Shown here in pieces: positions 22,631-36,837 of a stretch of DNA of 64,000 bases. The stretch spans positions 206,832,001 through 206,896,000 of the forward strand of contig OZ024740.1 in NCBI GenBank assembly GCA_964016885.1, given 5' to 3'. Each line of letters begins with the position of its first letter. The first letter of the stretch is position 1. The stretch is from Eledone cirrhosa (lineage: Eukaryota). Made by a program: the position numbers and the translations under genes. Below the pieces are notes generated by a model. It was given only the letters and a program-made list of their open reading frames with translations, did no database searches and was not told where the DNA came from.

Positions 22631-23047
22631 TCTCACTCACAACTGCGGCGATCGGACGTGTGTCTTTTCTCTCGATTACTCGGTCTCGAACTTAAGTTCT
22701 ATTATCGAGTGATCTTCTATTATCGAGTGGTCTTCCTACCTATAGTTGCTCGCACATTGCTCGGTTTGTGTTTTGTTTTTTTTCGCTGTTTTGTTACTGT
22801 TTCTCTTTTCTTCCCCTTTGCTTTCCTTCCCTCCTTCCTTCGTTTTCCCAATAACTTATCCAGTTATTGACGCCCTGGCGTGAAGTGGTATCTTGTCTTT
22901 AAAGCGTAGAAATATCCTAGACCCCCAGTAGACAACTTATGAGGAAAACTTCCCCCACCCCCCTGTTCTTGCTTTCTTCGTATTCCCACTGCAGTTTAAG
23001 TTACCTTAAATAGCAACTACACAGCCATTTCTATTCTCCATATATTT

Positions 23048-23082
<35 letters not shown>

Positions 23083-23086
<4 letters not shown>

Positions 23087-23370
23087 AAGTAATTCCGTCG
23101 GAAAAGTCCAGGAAAAAAGAGTTCTCTATGTAGGTAACAGAGCTTAATAGTTACGTAATAAACAACATTCCATTTACCAGTGGTTTCTTAAAAGCAAAAA
23201 ATGTTGCTTTCAATCCTCAGAATGAAAAAATCCTGGTCTGTTTATTGAATTTTAAAATTCAAATTCAATAAACAGACCAGGATGTTTTCATTCTGAGGAT
23301 TGAAAGCAAAATTTTTTGCTTTTAAGAAACCACTGGTAAATGGAATAATTGCCTTATGTTGTTTATTACA

Positions 23371-23375
<5 letters not shown>
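23083..23375. mobile_element. Palindromic mini-element made only of the 6286-10113 pseudo-LTR; two opposed HHRs (23168-23227 minus, 23286-23345 plus)
   Basis: Near-identical to 6286-6470 and 10000-10110; inserted in (TA)n. Confidence 0.9.
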
Positions 23376-23702
<327 letters not shown>

Positions 23703-23725
23703 CGGCGGAAGTGGTAAGGAACCAG

Positions 23726-23763
<38 letters not shown>

Positions 23764-23816
23764 CAGGAAAGAAGAGTGACACGGTTTGCTATACAAAAAA
23801 GGTTTTTAATCTCATT

Positions 23817-23922
23817 GCTGACAATTGTTTCTCTGAACTGGTAGGTCTAGAGATAGCTATCCGCTTATTTTCGCGTTACTCGATCGCCAATACAAAATTA
23901 TAACCAGTCAGTTCATCGGAGC
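23817..23922 (-). ncRNA. Variant hammerhead (CCGAUGA core), long stem II
   Basis: gct-CCGATGA-actgactggt...accagttcaga-GAAA-caattg-TC-agc. Confidence 0.65.
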
Positions 23923-24388
23923 TTGCGAGAATGAAGAGAATATACAGGCATGAAAGGAATATACAGTCTGCTATATGTAGTAGTAATGGCATTCAGTTAG
24001 AACAATAACAACAATATCAACAATGCTAGCAATAAAATATTTGAAATAATCACAACATCAATCTAGGTGGGGGGTATAGTATATCTATGATTTTAGCGTG
24101 TAAAACTAGCTGACATGAAGCAGATGTATAAAATTGACATGTAAAAACTGTCGTAGGGTGTATTATATCAAGTGTAAAGATAAGCCGGTGTTTTTAAACA
24201 ATGTAGGTCAGGTGGCCGTAATAGTTAGTTTTTATCTGACCGATGAAGTATTTATCACTGTAGCAGAATTTATGTGGTCTATATTAGATGAGAGATCAGT
24301 CTATCTTTTCGATCCTCAATAACATACATGTATAGGACAACGCTAACAAAGCTAAATAATGGGCAAGTGAATACAATGGTTAATGAGG

Positions 24389-24435
<47 letters not shown>

Positions 24436-24746
24436 TATATACACACACATGCACACAAACATATACATACATATCCACACACATTCATACAAATACATAC
24501 ATACATACATACAAAGAGAAAACATGCTGACTATAATTATAGCAAGAGGAAGGTAAAGTTCCATTGTAGTAGTATTTTGAAATGTTCTTGGATTTAGGAT
24601 CAAGCGATGACAGCAATACTCGCAGCATCACTATGAAAACGCCTTGTTGAGTCAAACTTAGCCAAGCGTTAATATCATCCACTACCCGGAATACCATAAC
24701 TGGACTACACCTAAGTGGACTGCATATAACTAGTATTTGTTACCCC

Positions 24747-24789
<43 letters not shown>

Positions 24790-24816
24790 TGAGAGAGAGA
24801 GAGAGAGAGAGAGATA

Positions 24817-25600
24817 CTAGCTGAGTAGCCCGTCGTTGCAGGGCAATAATCACAATGGTATGCCTTTATTTCAAATTTTGTTTTATTCGATATCAGACCA
24901 TGAAGTGTAGTCCCCTTGGTGAGGACGGATTTCTTTATTAATTCGGTTAATTTATAATGTTTGTATAAACAATGTTTGTTGTTATCCCATCTAGTACTGA
25001 CCATATTTTTCACAACCATTCGAGTGCTGTTGCATAGCCTTGGTGGGTCCAAATTCCTCAATAACATGATGAGTGCTCCTTCTTTAAGGTGAAGGGCATG
25101 TGGAGGCATTCCGGATGGTTCTAAAGAATTGAGATTCCAACTGTTCCATCATAGTATCGACAGATCGATAGAACTTCGAAACCTTTGGAATTATTTTTAA
25201 CAGCTCTTGATTTACCAATTTCACAGTCACATTTTTCAGGGCCAATATAGCCCTTTCATTGAGCTACTTGTGATTTGTGAACTGATATTCAAGATTAGAG
25301 AACACTTTTTCTATGAGGTGGAATAATGATTCCACTGTCGTGCCTATGGGACTTGTATCAATAGCTCCCTTGCTATCTAAAGGAAGTCTTCCGTCCCCAA
25401 GCATTAATAGATTCAGGGCAAACTGCTCTGATTGTTCATCTCTGCCAAAATATGCTCTCATGTTTGTATCGAGCTTGAAAACTTTGATAGAAGTCCAAAG
25501 TGTCGATTGTTTTCAAACAGGCTCGGATTTGATCAATCCTATTGCCTTTTGGAACGACTGGAGGGGTTTGTCTAAAATGTCCTCCTCCTCCTCCTCCTAT

Positions 25601-25656
<56 letters not shown>

Positions 25657-25736
25657 TCACCATCACCACCATCAATACTACTATCAGCACCACTACTAGT
25701 ACTACCACAACAATTACTAGAACCACCCACACCACC

Positions 25737-25774
<38 letters not shown>

Positions 25775-26236
25775 CACAACCACATCAACCATCACCACCA
25801 CTGCCACCACCGCCACCACCACCACCAACACCACTGCTGCCACCATCACAACCACCACCTTCATCACCACCATCACTGCCATCACCACCATCACTGTCAT
25901 CACCACCACCATCACCACCAACACCACCATCACCACCACCACCACCATAGAAGACATAGAAAGAGAGTGAGAGATTGTGGTAAAGATATATACAGAGGGG
26001 GCGTATGTAAAATACAGAGACAGACAGATATATATAGAGAGAGGTATTCTGACAGTTGTGGGGTGTAATGATATTCTATATTTGTGACTTGAAGTTGATT
26101 TATCGTAATAATTACATAAAACATTCTCCTTGGAAGCAGATTTCGTAAATGAAACCGTTTTCCTCTAGGATGTACTGTTTCGGAGCCTTTGAGAGACATA
26201 CACATATACACATATACATTCTCATTTATAGTATAT
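24817..26236 (-). mobile_element. Defective Helitron with PIF1-type helicase fragment, interrupted by (ACT/ACC)n
   Basis: FRQTPPVVPKGNRIDQIRACLK, FALNLLMLGDG, PSGMPPHALHLKEGALIMLLRNLDPPRLCNSTR; 3' hairpin gccc..gggc followed by CTAG at 24817-24820. Confidence 0.88.
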
Positions 26237-26237
26237 A

Positions 26238-27169
26238 CTAGCAGAATGGCCCGGCGTTGCTCGGGATTCTAAACATAGATTGGCATATTTATCCCTCCTT
26301 TCTGAAACAGTACAGGCATGACCTAAAAGCAGGACGAAGTACTCTAAGACTAACTGGTAGAGTAAGGAGTAAACTCGTCAGTGGTGCATGTGATTTCCGA
26401 ATCGTTGACTATGTAATTGCTGGCCTTGTGCCAAAAGTAGTGGGACTTTTGGGGTGGCATATCGGCAGTAACAATGACGATAAGCCGTCTGTGCTTTCGT
26501 GAAATAAATACGTTTGTTTATATTTTGTTTTTGTGTATGCAAAAATATCTGTACACGAATATATAATTATATATATATATTTAAAAATTAGGACTGGTGC
26601 TCTGAAATAGTGATGTATGCATGAATGTATGTATAGTATATTTGGTAATATACCGTATGTTTAATTAAAAACATGTTGAAGACCTTGCACTATCAGTTTA
26701 AAGTAGTGACTATGTCACTTACTTCTTTTTTCGGCAAAGGAAAGGAGAGAAGCTGACAGATTCTGTTTCACACTGTTGGTGTTCCTCAGAGCAACGTAGT
26801 CCCGCCTCTGCCGAAAATTATAGAGGCTGGATTGTTATAGAATTCCAGTAATAATCAGGAACTGATTATACAGAGCGATTGCCGGTCCAGCAAAAATAAA
26901 AAATTAGGATTGGTGCTCATACGGTATATTACCAAATATACATTCATATATATATATTAAAATAACAGATTAAAGTTTAAGCAAAGAATCGCTGCTTTCA
27001 CCCTTAACGGGATCTTCTGAAACTAATAAATATCAATCTGTGAACGCAGAAGTAAATATTTCGAAAAACGTTACATACTATATATATACACACACTATAC
27101 ACACACACACACACACACCGCGTCATAATGTCGTAATGCAGACAGCCAGACAGACAGACAGACATTCTC

Positions 27170-27180
<11 letters not shown>
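26238..27180 (-). mobile_element. Non-autonomous Helitron
   Basis: 3' terminus cccgagcaacgccggg-ccattctg-CTAG|t; 5' end with (tgtc)n; internal segment shared with 56320-56440 and 58595-58845. Confidence 0.78.
26752..26792 (-). ncRNA. Compact type I hammerhead within an insert (26581-26946) nested in the Helitron
   Basis: gct-CTGAGGA-acac caaca gtgt-GAAA-cagaatctg-TC-agc. Confidence 0.85.
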
Positions 27181-27218
<38 letters not shown>

Positions 27219-27234
27219 GTATATATATATAAGA

Positions 27235-27878
<644 letters not shown>

Positions 27879-28067
27879 TGTTGAACAAAAAAAAAAAAAA
27901 AAAAGGTGACGTGGTTGCCTTAACACCGTATGGCATAAATTCAGGCTGTTCGATTTGTTGACAAACAAACGAACAAAGCAGGCGTTATAATAAACGTCGG
28001 CTAAACTGATGCGTGCATATATGTATGTGTACCTGTATGCATATGTGTATACAGACGTACAGTAGCA

Positions 28068-28127
<60 letters not shown>

Positions 28128-28161
28128 TGCATACATATATGTATACAGACGTACAGTAGCA

Positions 28162-28230
<69 letters not shown>
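27879..28230. repeat. Rearranged fragment of the 34092-36288 repeat at the duplication junction
   Basis: gttgaacaaaa..ggtgacgtggttgccttaacaccg..gatgcgtgcata matches ~35423-35575, then flips orientation (cagacgtacagtagcatgc x2). Confidence 0.85.
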
Positions 28231-28235
<5 letters not shown>

Positions 28236-28285
28236 GAAAGAAGAGTGACACGGTTTGCTATACAAAAAAGGTTTTTAATCTCATT

Positions 28286-28391
28286 GCTAACAATTGTTTC
28301 TCTGAACTGGTAGGTCTAGAGATAGCTATCCGCTTATTTTCACGTTACTCGATCGCCAATACAAAATTATAACCAGTCAGTTCATCGGAGC
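28286..28391 (-). ncRNA. Duplicate of the CCGAUGA hammerhead (GUU triplet)
   Basis: Copy of 23817-23922 with GTC>GTT at the cleavage site. Confidence 0.6.
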
Positions 28392-28859
28392 TTGCGAGAA
28401 TGAAGAGAATATACAGGCATGAAAGGAATATACAGTCTGCTATATGTAGTAGTAATGGCATTCAGTTAGAACAATAACAACAATATCAACAATGCTAGCA
28501 ATAAAATATTTGAAATAATCACAACATCAATCTAGGTGGGGGGTATAGTATATCTATGATTTTAGCGTGTAAAACTAGCTGACATGAAGCAGATGTATAA
28601 AATTGACATCTAAAAACTGTCGTAGGGTGTATTATATCAAGTGTAAAGATAAGCCGGTGTTTTTAAACAATGTAGGTCAGGTGGCCGTAATAGTTAGTTT
28701 TTATCTGACCGATGAAGTATTTATCACTGTAGCAGAATTTATGTGGTCTATATTAGATGAGAGATCAGTCTATCTTTTCGATCCTCAATAACATACATGT
28801 ATAGGACAACGCTAACAAAGCTAAATAATGGGCAAGTTAATACAGAGGTTAATGAGGTA

Positions 28860-28894
<35 letters not shown>

Positions 28895-29211
28895 TATATA
28901 TACACACACATGCACACAAACATATACATACATATCCACACACATTCATACAAATACATACATACATACATACATACAAAGAGAAAACATGCTGACTATA
29001 ATTATAGCAAGAGGAAGGTAAAGTTCCATTGTAGTAGTATTTTGAAATGTTCTTGGATTTAGGATCAAGCGATGCCAGCAATACTCGCAGCATCACTATG
29101 AAAACGCCTTGTTGAGTCAAACTTAGCCAAGCGTTAATATCATCCACTACCCGGAATACCATAACTGGACTACACCTAAGTGGACTGCATATAACTATTA
29201 TTTGTTACCCC

Positions 29212-29341
<130 letters not shown>

Positions 29342-30128
29342 CTAGCTGAGTAGCCCGTCGTTGCAGGGCAATAATCACAATGGTATGCCTTTATTTCAAA
29401 TTTTGTTTTATTCGATATCAGACCATGAAGTGTAGTCCCCTTGGTGAGGACGGATTTCTTTATTAATTCGGTTAATTTATAATGTTTGTATAAACAATGT
29501 TTGTTGTTATCCCATCTGGTACTGACCATATTTTTCACAACCATTCGAGTGCTGTTGCATAGCCTTGGTGGGTCCAAATTCCTCAATAACATGATGAGTG
29601 CTCCTTCTTTAAGGTGAAGGGCATGTGGAGGCATTCCGGATGGTTCTAAAGAATTGAGATTCCAACTGTTCCATCATAGTATCGACAGATCGATAGAACT
29701 TCGAAACCTTTGGAATTATTTTTAACAGCTCTTGATTTACCAATTTCACAGTCACATTTTTCAGGGCCAATATAGCCCTTTCATTGAGCTACTTGTGATT
29801 TGTGAACTGATATTCAAGATTAGAGAACACTTTTTCTATGAGGTGGAATAATGATTCCACTGTCGTGCCTATGGGACTTGTATCAATAGCTCCCTTGCTA
29901 TCTAAAGGAAGTCTTCCGTCCCCAAGCATTAATAGATTCAGGGCAAACTGCTCTGATTGTTCATCTCTGCCAAAATATGCTCTCATGTTTGTATCGAGCT
30001 TGAAAACTTTGATAGAAGTCCAAAGTGTCGATTGTTTTCAAACAGGCTCGGATTTGATCAATCCTATTGCCTTTTGGAACGACTGGAGGGGTTTGTCTAA
30101 AATGTCCTCCTCCTCCTCCTCCTCCTAT

Positions 30129-30181
<53 letters not shown>

Positions 30182-30258
30182 TCACCATCACCACCATCAA
30201 TACTACTATCAGCACCACCACTACTACTACCACCACAATTACTAGAACCACCCACACC

Positions 30259-30293
<35 letters not shown>

Positions 30294-30760
30294 CACATCA
30301 ACCATCACCACCACTGCCACCACCGCCACCACCACCACCAACACCACTGCTGCCACCATCACAACCACCACCTTCATCACCACCATCACCACCATCACTG
30401 CCATCACCACCATCACTGTCATCACCACCACCATCACCACCAACACCACCATCACCACCACCACCACCATAGAAGACATAGAAAGAGAGTGAGAGATTGT
30501 GGTAAAGATATATACAGAGGGGGCGTATGTAAAATACAGAGACAGACAGATATATATAGAGAGAGAGGTATTCTGACAGTTGTGGGGTGTAATGATATTC
30601 TATATTTGTGACTTGAAGTTGATTTATCGTAATAATTACATAAAACATTCTCCTTGGAAGCAGATTTCGTAAATGAAACCGTTTTCCTCTAGGATGTACT
30701 GTTTCGGAGCCTTTGAGAGACATACACATATACACATATACATTCTCATTTATAGTATAT
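29342..30760 (-). mobile_element. Duplicate defective Helitron (helicase fragment)
   Basis: Copy of 24817-26236. Confidence 0.88.
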
Positions 30761-30761
30761 A

Positions 30762-31691
30762 CTAGCAGAATGGCCCGGCGTTGCTCGGGATTCTAAACAT
30801 AGATTGGCATATTTATCCCTCCTTTCTGAAACAGTACAGGCATGACCTAAAAGCAGGACGAAGTACTCTAAGACTAACTGGTAGAGTAAGGAGTAAACTC
30901 GTCAGTGGTGCATGTGATTTCCGAATCGTTGACTATGTCATTGCTGGCCTTGTGCCAAAAGTAGTGGGACTTTTGGGGTGGCATATCGGCAGTAACAATG
31001 ACGATAAGCCGTCTGTGCTTTCGTGAAATAAATACGTTTGTTTATATTTTGTTTTTATGTATGCAAAAATATCTGTACACGAATATATAATTATATATAT
31101 ATATTTAAAAATTAGGACTGGTGCTCTGAAATAGTGATGTATGCATGAATGTATGTATAGTATATTTGGTAATATACCGTATGTTTAATTAAAAACATGT
31201 TGAAGACCTTGCGCTATCATTTTAAAGTAGTGACTATGTCACTTACTTCTTTTTTCGGCAAAGGAAGGTAGAGAAGCTGACAGATTCTGTTTCACACTGT
31301 TGGTGTTCCTCAGAGCAACGTAGTCCCGCCTCTGCCGAAAATTATAGAGGCTGGATTGTTATAGAATTCCAGTAATAATCAGGAACTGATTATACAGAGC
31401 GATTGCCGGTCCAGCAAAAATAAAAAATTAGGATTGGTGCTCATACGGTATATTACCAAATATACATTCATATATATATATTAAAATAACAGATTAAAGT
31501 TTAAGCAAAGAATCGCTGCTTTCACCCTTAACGGGATCTTCTGAAACTAATAAATATCAATCTGTGAACGCAGAAGTAAATATTTCGAAAAACGTTACAT
31601 ACTATATATATACACACACTATACACACACACACACACCGCGTCATAATGTCGTAATGCAGACAGCCAGACAGACAGACAGACATTCTCTG

Positions 31692-31700
<9 letters not shown>
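30762..31700 (-). mobile_element. Duplicate non-autonomous Helitron, with HHR at 31276-31316
   Basis: Copy of 26238-27180. Confidence 0.78.
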
Positions 31701-31730
<30 letters not shown>

Positions 31731-31744
31731 GTATATATATATAA

Positions 31745-32137
31745 GATAAACAGAAATAACAACACAATCGGTACAGTATATGGAAGGGATATATTAGGTT
31801 AAGGCTTGATATAGCAGGAAGAGGGTCTTAACGTTTCGGACGCTAGTCCTTCATCAGAAGAAAAAATGAGAAATAAGATAGATTGAGGGGACGGGCGGGA
31901 TGGAATTGGAAAAAATGTCTTTAGATAAAAATAACAGGTCCCTTCATGTTGACATCTCTTGCAAAACTGTTGGTGCTGGTGTTCTGTGTATGATTTATTT
32001 TTTAGAAAAGTGGATGATGGAGCGCGTCTACTTGAAATGGAAAAAAAAACGTTTTGTAAAAAGAGCTATACTTGAGCACGTGCGTAAGTATGTGTTTGTG
32101 TGTGTGTTTGTGTGTGTGTGTGTGCTTGCGTGCGTGT

Positions 32138-32181
<44 letters not shown>

Positions 32182-34088
32182 CTTTATATATAGTGCGGTG
32201 AATCAGACTTTGTTCAGTCCTGGTGCGCGAGGCCTGTGATCCATGATGTAAAAGGACACCCAGGACTGAAACATGTAGGGAAGAATGACCAGGAGAACAA
32301 AAATGACGGGCGACAGGAGTATCCAAACCAAGTCGTATGTCCTTCAAATGTTCGGCACAACGGTCTGCCACACGGCGTCCCGTTTGTCCGATATATAAAC
32401 ACCCGCAAAGGGAACACCGGAGGGCATAGACAACGTGGGTGGATGTGCAGGTGAAGGAATGGTGGATACGGAAAGACCCGTTAAGGCCTGTAAGAGTGGT
32501 GAGGGTGGAAATAAAGGGACAAGTGTTGCAGCGGGAACAAGAACAAGGATGAGAGACGGGTGGAGTCGTGGGAGAGGACGAAAAGGAACTGCGAACCAGG
32601 AGGTCGCGGAGGTTGCGGGCGCCTTAAAAGCAGTAATGGGTGGGTTGGAAAAAAGCGAGAAATGACGGGGTCAGAAGAGAGGATACGGAAAGAACGGAGG
32701 ATATGTCGCCGGAGTGGTAGGGTGATGGGGTGGTAGGTGAGAGGGAAACGAACACGGGTGTTGGGAGGGTGAGGTGAGGTGAGAGGGCTGTGGTGCGGTC
32801 TGTTTCACGGGCGCGAGTGAGAGCAGCTTGGATCGGGGGGGGGGGGTATCCACGCTGGATGAAGCAAGAAGCCATGCGAAGGGAATGGGTTTCGAATCGT
32901 CGTCCTGGCTACAGAGTCGACGAAAACGGAGGTATTAGGAATAGGGTATGGACGTTTGGTGTGGGTTGGATGGGACGAGGTAAAATCGAGCTAAGTTTGG
33001 GAGTCTGTTGGTTTAATGAAGATGGAAGTAAGGAGAGTGTGGTGAGAGTGATTAATTGATAGAGAGATATCTAGAAAAGCGACAGAAGAATCGGAGACGG
33101 AGGCGGTGAAATTGAGAGCAGGATGGAAAGATTGGACAAAAGAAAGAAAACAGTCCAGCTGTTCTCGTGGTAGAGAGGTGGCGCCGATACAGTCGTCGAT
33201 ATCACGACCGTATAGCTCAGGATTATTTTGTTTGTGTATTTTGTAGAGGAAGTAGATGGTGGGTGTGCGAGGGGTGCGTACAATAAGGTTGGTGGCTGTG
33301 GGGGGTAGGAGAGAGGAGCAGATGAGCTCCTGGATGGTGGAGGACACGAGTTGTTGGTAGCCAGGGTTGGGGTCGGAGCATAAAGGGTGGTAAAAAAGGG
33401 TATTGTGAAGCTGGCGGGAAGCCTCAGCCCTATAGAGGTCAACGCTCCAAAAAACCACCACAGCGCCACCTGTCAGCGGGTTTTATGACAATGTCATCGC
33501 GACGCCGAAGGTTGCGAAGAGCGGAGAGCTCTGTCCGCGTGACGTTAGAGCGACGAGAATGCTGGTGGACACGGAACCGATTCACAGTACGCTGGCAAGT
33601 ATCGACAAAGGAGTCGAGGGTGCTGAACTGGCCAGAGCTCGGCGTCCAATGTGATTGCCGGCGACTGAGACGAGTGAAGTCATCCGTCTGTGTCGATGAT
33701 GGCGTGTCGTGAAAAAAAGCTTTCAGCTTTAATCAACGGAAGAACCCTTCAATCTCGGCACGTGTGCGGAACTCGTCGCAGGTCGATGTGGTTAGTATAA
33801 AACGCAAACAACGGGCGAGGAGAGAGCGCTCAGCTTCGGAGAGTGGTAGGTCCTGGGGTATGGTGACTACAGTACAGGGACTTGAGGGAGTGGAAGATGC
33901 GGAGGCGGAGGGGTCAAGGTGGTTGGGCAAAGCGTGTGCAAATTCAGTGGTTGGGAGAGGAAAGGTGACGGGATATAGGGGTTAGGGCTGGAGGTCATAT
34001 GAGTATGGTTGGTGACGGCAGGCGGGGAGCAGAGAGAGTCGAGTTTGTGGTTTTTTACGGAAGTGAAGAAATTGAAAAGGAGGCGATT
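31745..34088 (-). mobile_element. Neptune-like Penelope element, internally deleted and frameshifted, with minimal HHR at 31826-31861
   Basis: VVTIPQDLPLSEAERSLLARCLRF, GGAVVFW, PRTPTIYFLYKIHK, DIDDCIG, FVQSFHPALNFT, VAFLDISL, KPTDS, FIQRGYPP, ADRCAEHLKDIR..PVARHFCSPGHS. Confidence 0.9.
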
Positions 34089-34091
34089 ATA

Positions 34092-34139
34092 TATGTATGT
34101 ATACGTACATACATATATGTATACAGACGTACAGTAGCA

Positions 34140-34199
<60 letters not shown>

Positions 34200-34635
34200 T
34201 ATGCATACAGGTACACATACATATATGCACGCATCATTTAGCCGACGTTTATTATAACGCCTGCTTTGTTCGTTTGTTTGTCAACAAATCGAACAGCCTG
34301 AATTTATGCCATACGGTGTTAAGGCAACCACGTCACCTTTTTGTTCAACACTGACACAGGAACGATGTACTAGTTTCAAGCTTGTTAGCTATCATCAGCA
34401 CCGTTTACCCATCAGCCAGATAGTTGAACGTTCGAAAGTATATACTTTCCTTATGAAAATTAACGGCTGAGCAGCCTAATTTGCATATTGAGTGAGTTAA
34501 ATCGGTCAGGCATACCGAAAACGATAAGTTGAAAAAAATGAAAACGAAATTTCATTTCTCACTTTTAGTATGGCACTTACTTAAATGTATGTATGTATAC
34601 GTACATACATATATGTATACAGACGTACAGTAGCA

Positions 34636-34723
<88 letters not shown>

Positions 34724-35086
34724 TATGCATACAGGTACACATACATATATGCACGCATCAGTTTAGCCGACGTTTATTATAACGCCTGCTTTGTTCGTTT
34801 GTTTGTCAACAAATCGAACAGCCTGAATTTATGCCATACGGTGTTAAGGCAACCACGTCCCCTTTTTTTTTTTTTTTTTTTTGTTCAACACTGACACAGG
34901 AACGATGTACTAGTTTCAAGCTTGTTAGCTATCATCAGCACCGTTTACCCATCTGCCAGCACCGTTTACCCATCTGCATAAATTCAGGCTGTTCGATTTG
35001 TTGACAAACAAACGAACAAAGCAGGCGTTATAATAAACGTCGGCTAAACTGATGCGTGCATATATGTATGTGTACCTGTATGCATA

Positions 35087-35133
<47 letters not shown>

Positions 35134-35579
35134 GCTACTGTACGTCTGTATACATATATGTATGTACGTATACATACATACTTACATTTAAGTAAGTGCC
35201 ATACTAAGAGTGAGAAATGAAATTTCGTTTTCATTTTTCTCAACTTATCGTTTTCGGTATGCCTGACCGATTTAACTCACTCAATATGCAAATTAGGCTG
35301 CTCAGCCGTTAATTTTCATAAGGAAAGTATATACTTTCGAACGTTCAACTATCTGGCAGATGGGTAAACGGTGCTGATGATAGCTAACAAGCTTGAAACT
35401 AGTACATCGTTCCTGTGTCAGTGTTGAACAAAAAGGTGACGTGGTTGCCTTAACACCGTATGGCATAAATTCAGGCTGTTCGATTTGTTGACAAACAAAC
35501 GAACAAAGCAGGCGTTATAATAAACGTCGGCTAAACTGATGCGTGCATATATGTATGTGTACCTGTATGCATATGTGTA

Positions 35580-35655
<76 letters not shown>

Positions 35656-36096
35656 TGCTACTGTACGTCTGTATACATATATGTATGTACGTATACATAC
35701 ATACTTACATTTAAGTAAGTGCCATACTAAGAGTGAGAAATGAAATTTCGTTTTCATTTTTTTCAACTTATCGTTTTCGGTATGCCTGACCGATTTAACT
35801 CACTCAATATGCAAATTAGGCTGCTCAGCCGTTAATTTTCATAAGGAAAGTATATACTTTCGAACGTTCACCTATCTGGCAGATGGGTAAACGGTGCTGA
35901 TGATAGCTAACAAGCTTGAAACTAGTACATCGTTCCTGTGTCAGTGTTGAACAAAAAGGTGACGTGGTTGCCTTAACACCGTATGGCATAAATTCAGGCT
36001 GTTCGATTTGTTGACAAACAAACGAACAAAGCAGGCGTTATAATAAACGTCGGCTAAACTGATGCGTGCATATATGTATGTGTACCTGTATGCATA

Positions 36097-36174
<78 letters not shown>

Positions 36175-36285
36175 TGCTACTGTACGTCTGTATACATATA
36201 TGTATGTACGTATACATACATACTTACATTTAAGTAAGTGCCATACTAAGAGTGAGAAATGAAATTTCGTTTTCATTTTTTTCAA

Positions 36286-36288
<3 letters not shown>
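34092..36288. mobile_element. Tandem/inverted array of a ~520-540 bp non-coding HHR-bearing unit (retrozyme- or pseudo-LTR-like)
   Basis: About 1.7 units on minus (34092-34975), then about 2.5 units on plus (34976-36288); identical HHRs at 34361-34405(-), 34901-34945(-), 35367-35411(+), 35890-35934(+). Confidence 0.88.
35367..35411 (+). ncRNA. Type I hammerhead (representative of 4 copies)
   Basis: aacggtg-CTGATGA-t-agct aaca agct-t-GAAA-ctag-TA-catcgtt; palindromic stem III (actagt). Confidence 0.88.
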
Positions 36289-36351
<63 letters not shown>

Positions 36352-36355
<4 letters not shown>

Positions 36356-36712
36356 GAGGTTATATTTAATTTGTTGGGATTCAACAAGCTTAAAAATGTT
36401 ATAACTGATATAAAGCACTCAACAGTTTAGTGGAGTAAATATTCAATATATTAATAAATGGAAACTATATTTATAAAACCATAATTATTTTATTATATAT
36501 ATTTCAAGGGCAACCAAGGCAAATTATGGTGCGCTTTCATCAGATAAATACAGATTTGTTTTATAAATAAATATTGACATACCCGGAAAAAAGACAACCT
36601 TAACGGTTGAAGTTCCTTGGATATGCAGGGAACTTCAACCGTTAAGGTTGTCTTTAATAGACAAACATTTAATAATTATGGTTTTATAAATATAGTTTCC
36701 ATTTATTAATAT

Positions 36713-36716
<4 letters not shown>
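36352..36716 (-). mobile_element. Mini snap-back element with HHR (36486-36551) and nested inverted repeats
   Basis: tattttat-CTGATGA-aagcgcacca...tggttgccctt-GAAA-tatata-TA-ataaaata; hairpin at ~36590-36656; ~36445-36490 inverted at 36672-36716; (TA)n flanks. Confidence 0.82.
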
Positions 36717-36772
<56 letters not shown>

Positions 36773-36837
36773 TTGGAGATATATATAGCAAGGTATAAAA
36801 ATGGAAATAACAATAAAAGTTACAATTGAAACGTTAG

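Noticed and set aside
25436-25970. Poly-Thr (mucin-like) or poly-Val ORFs, also at 29961-30492
   Set aside because: (ACT/ACC)n expansion inside a dead Helitron.
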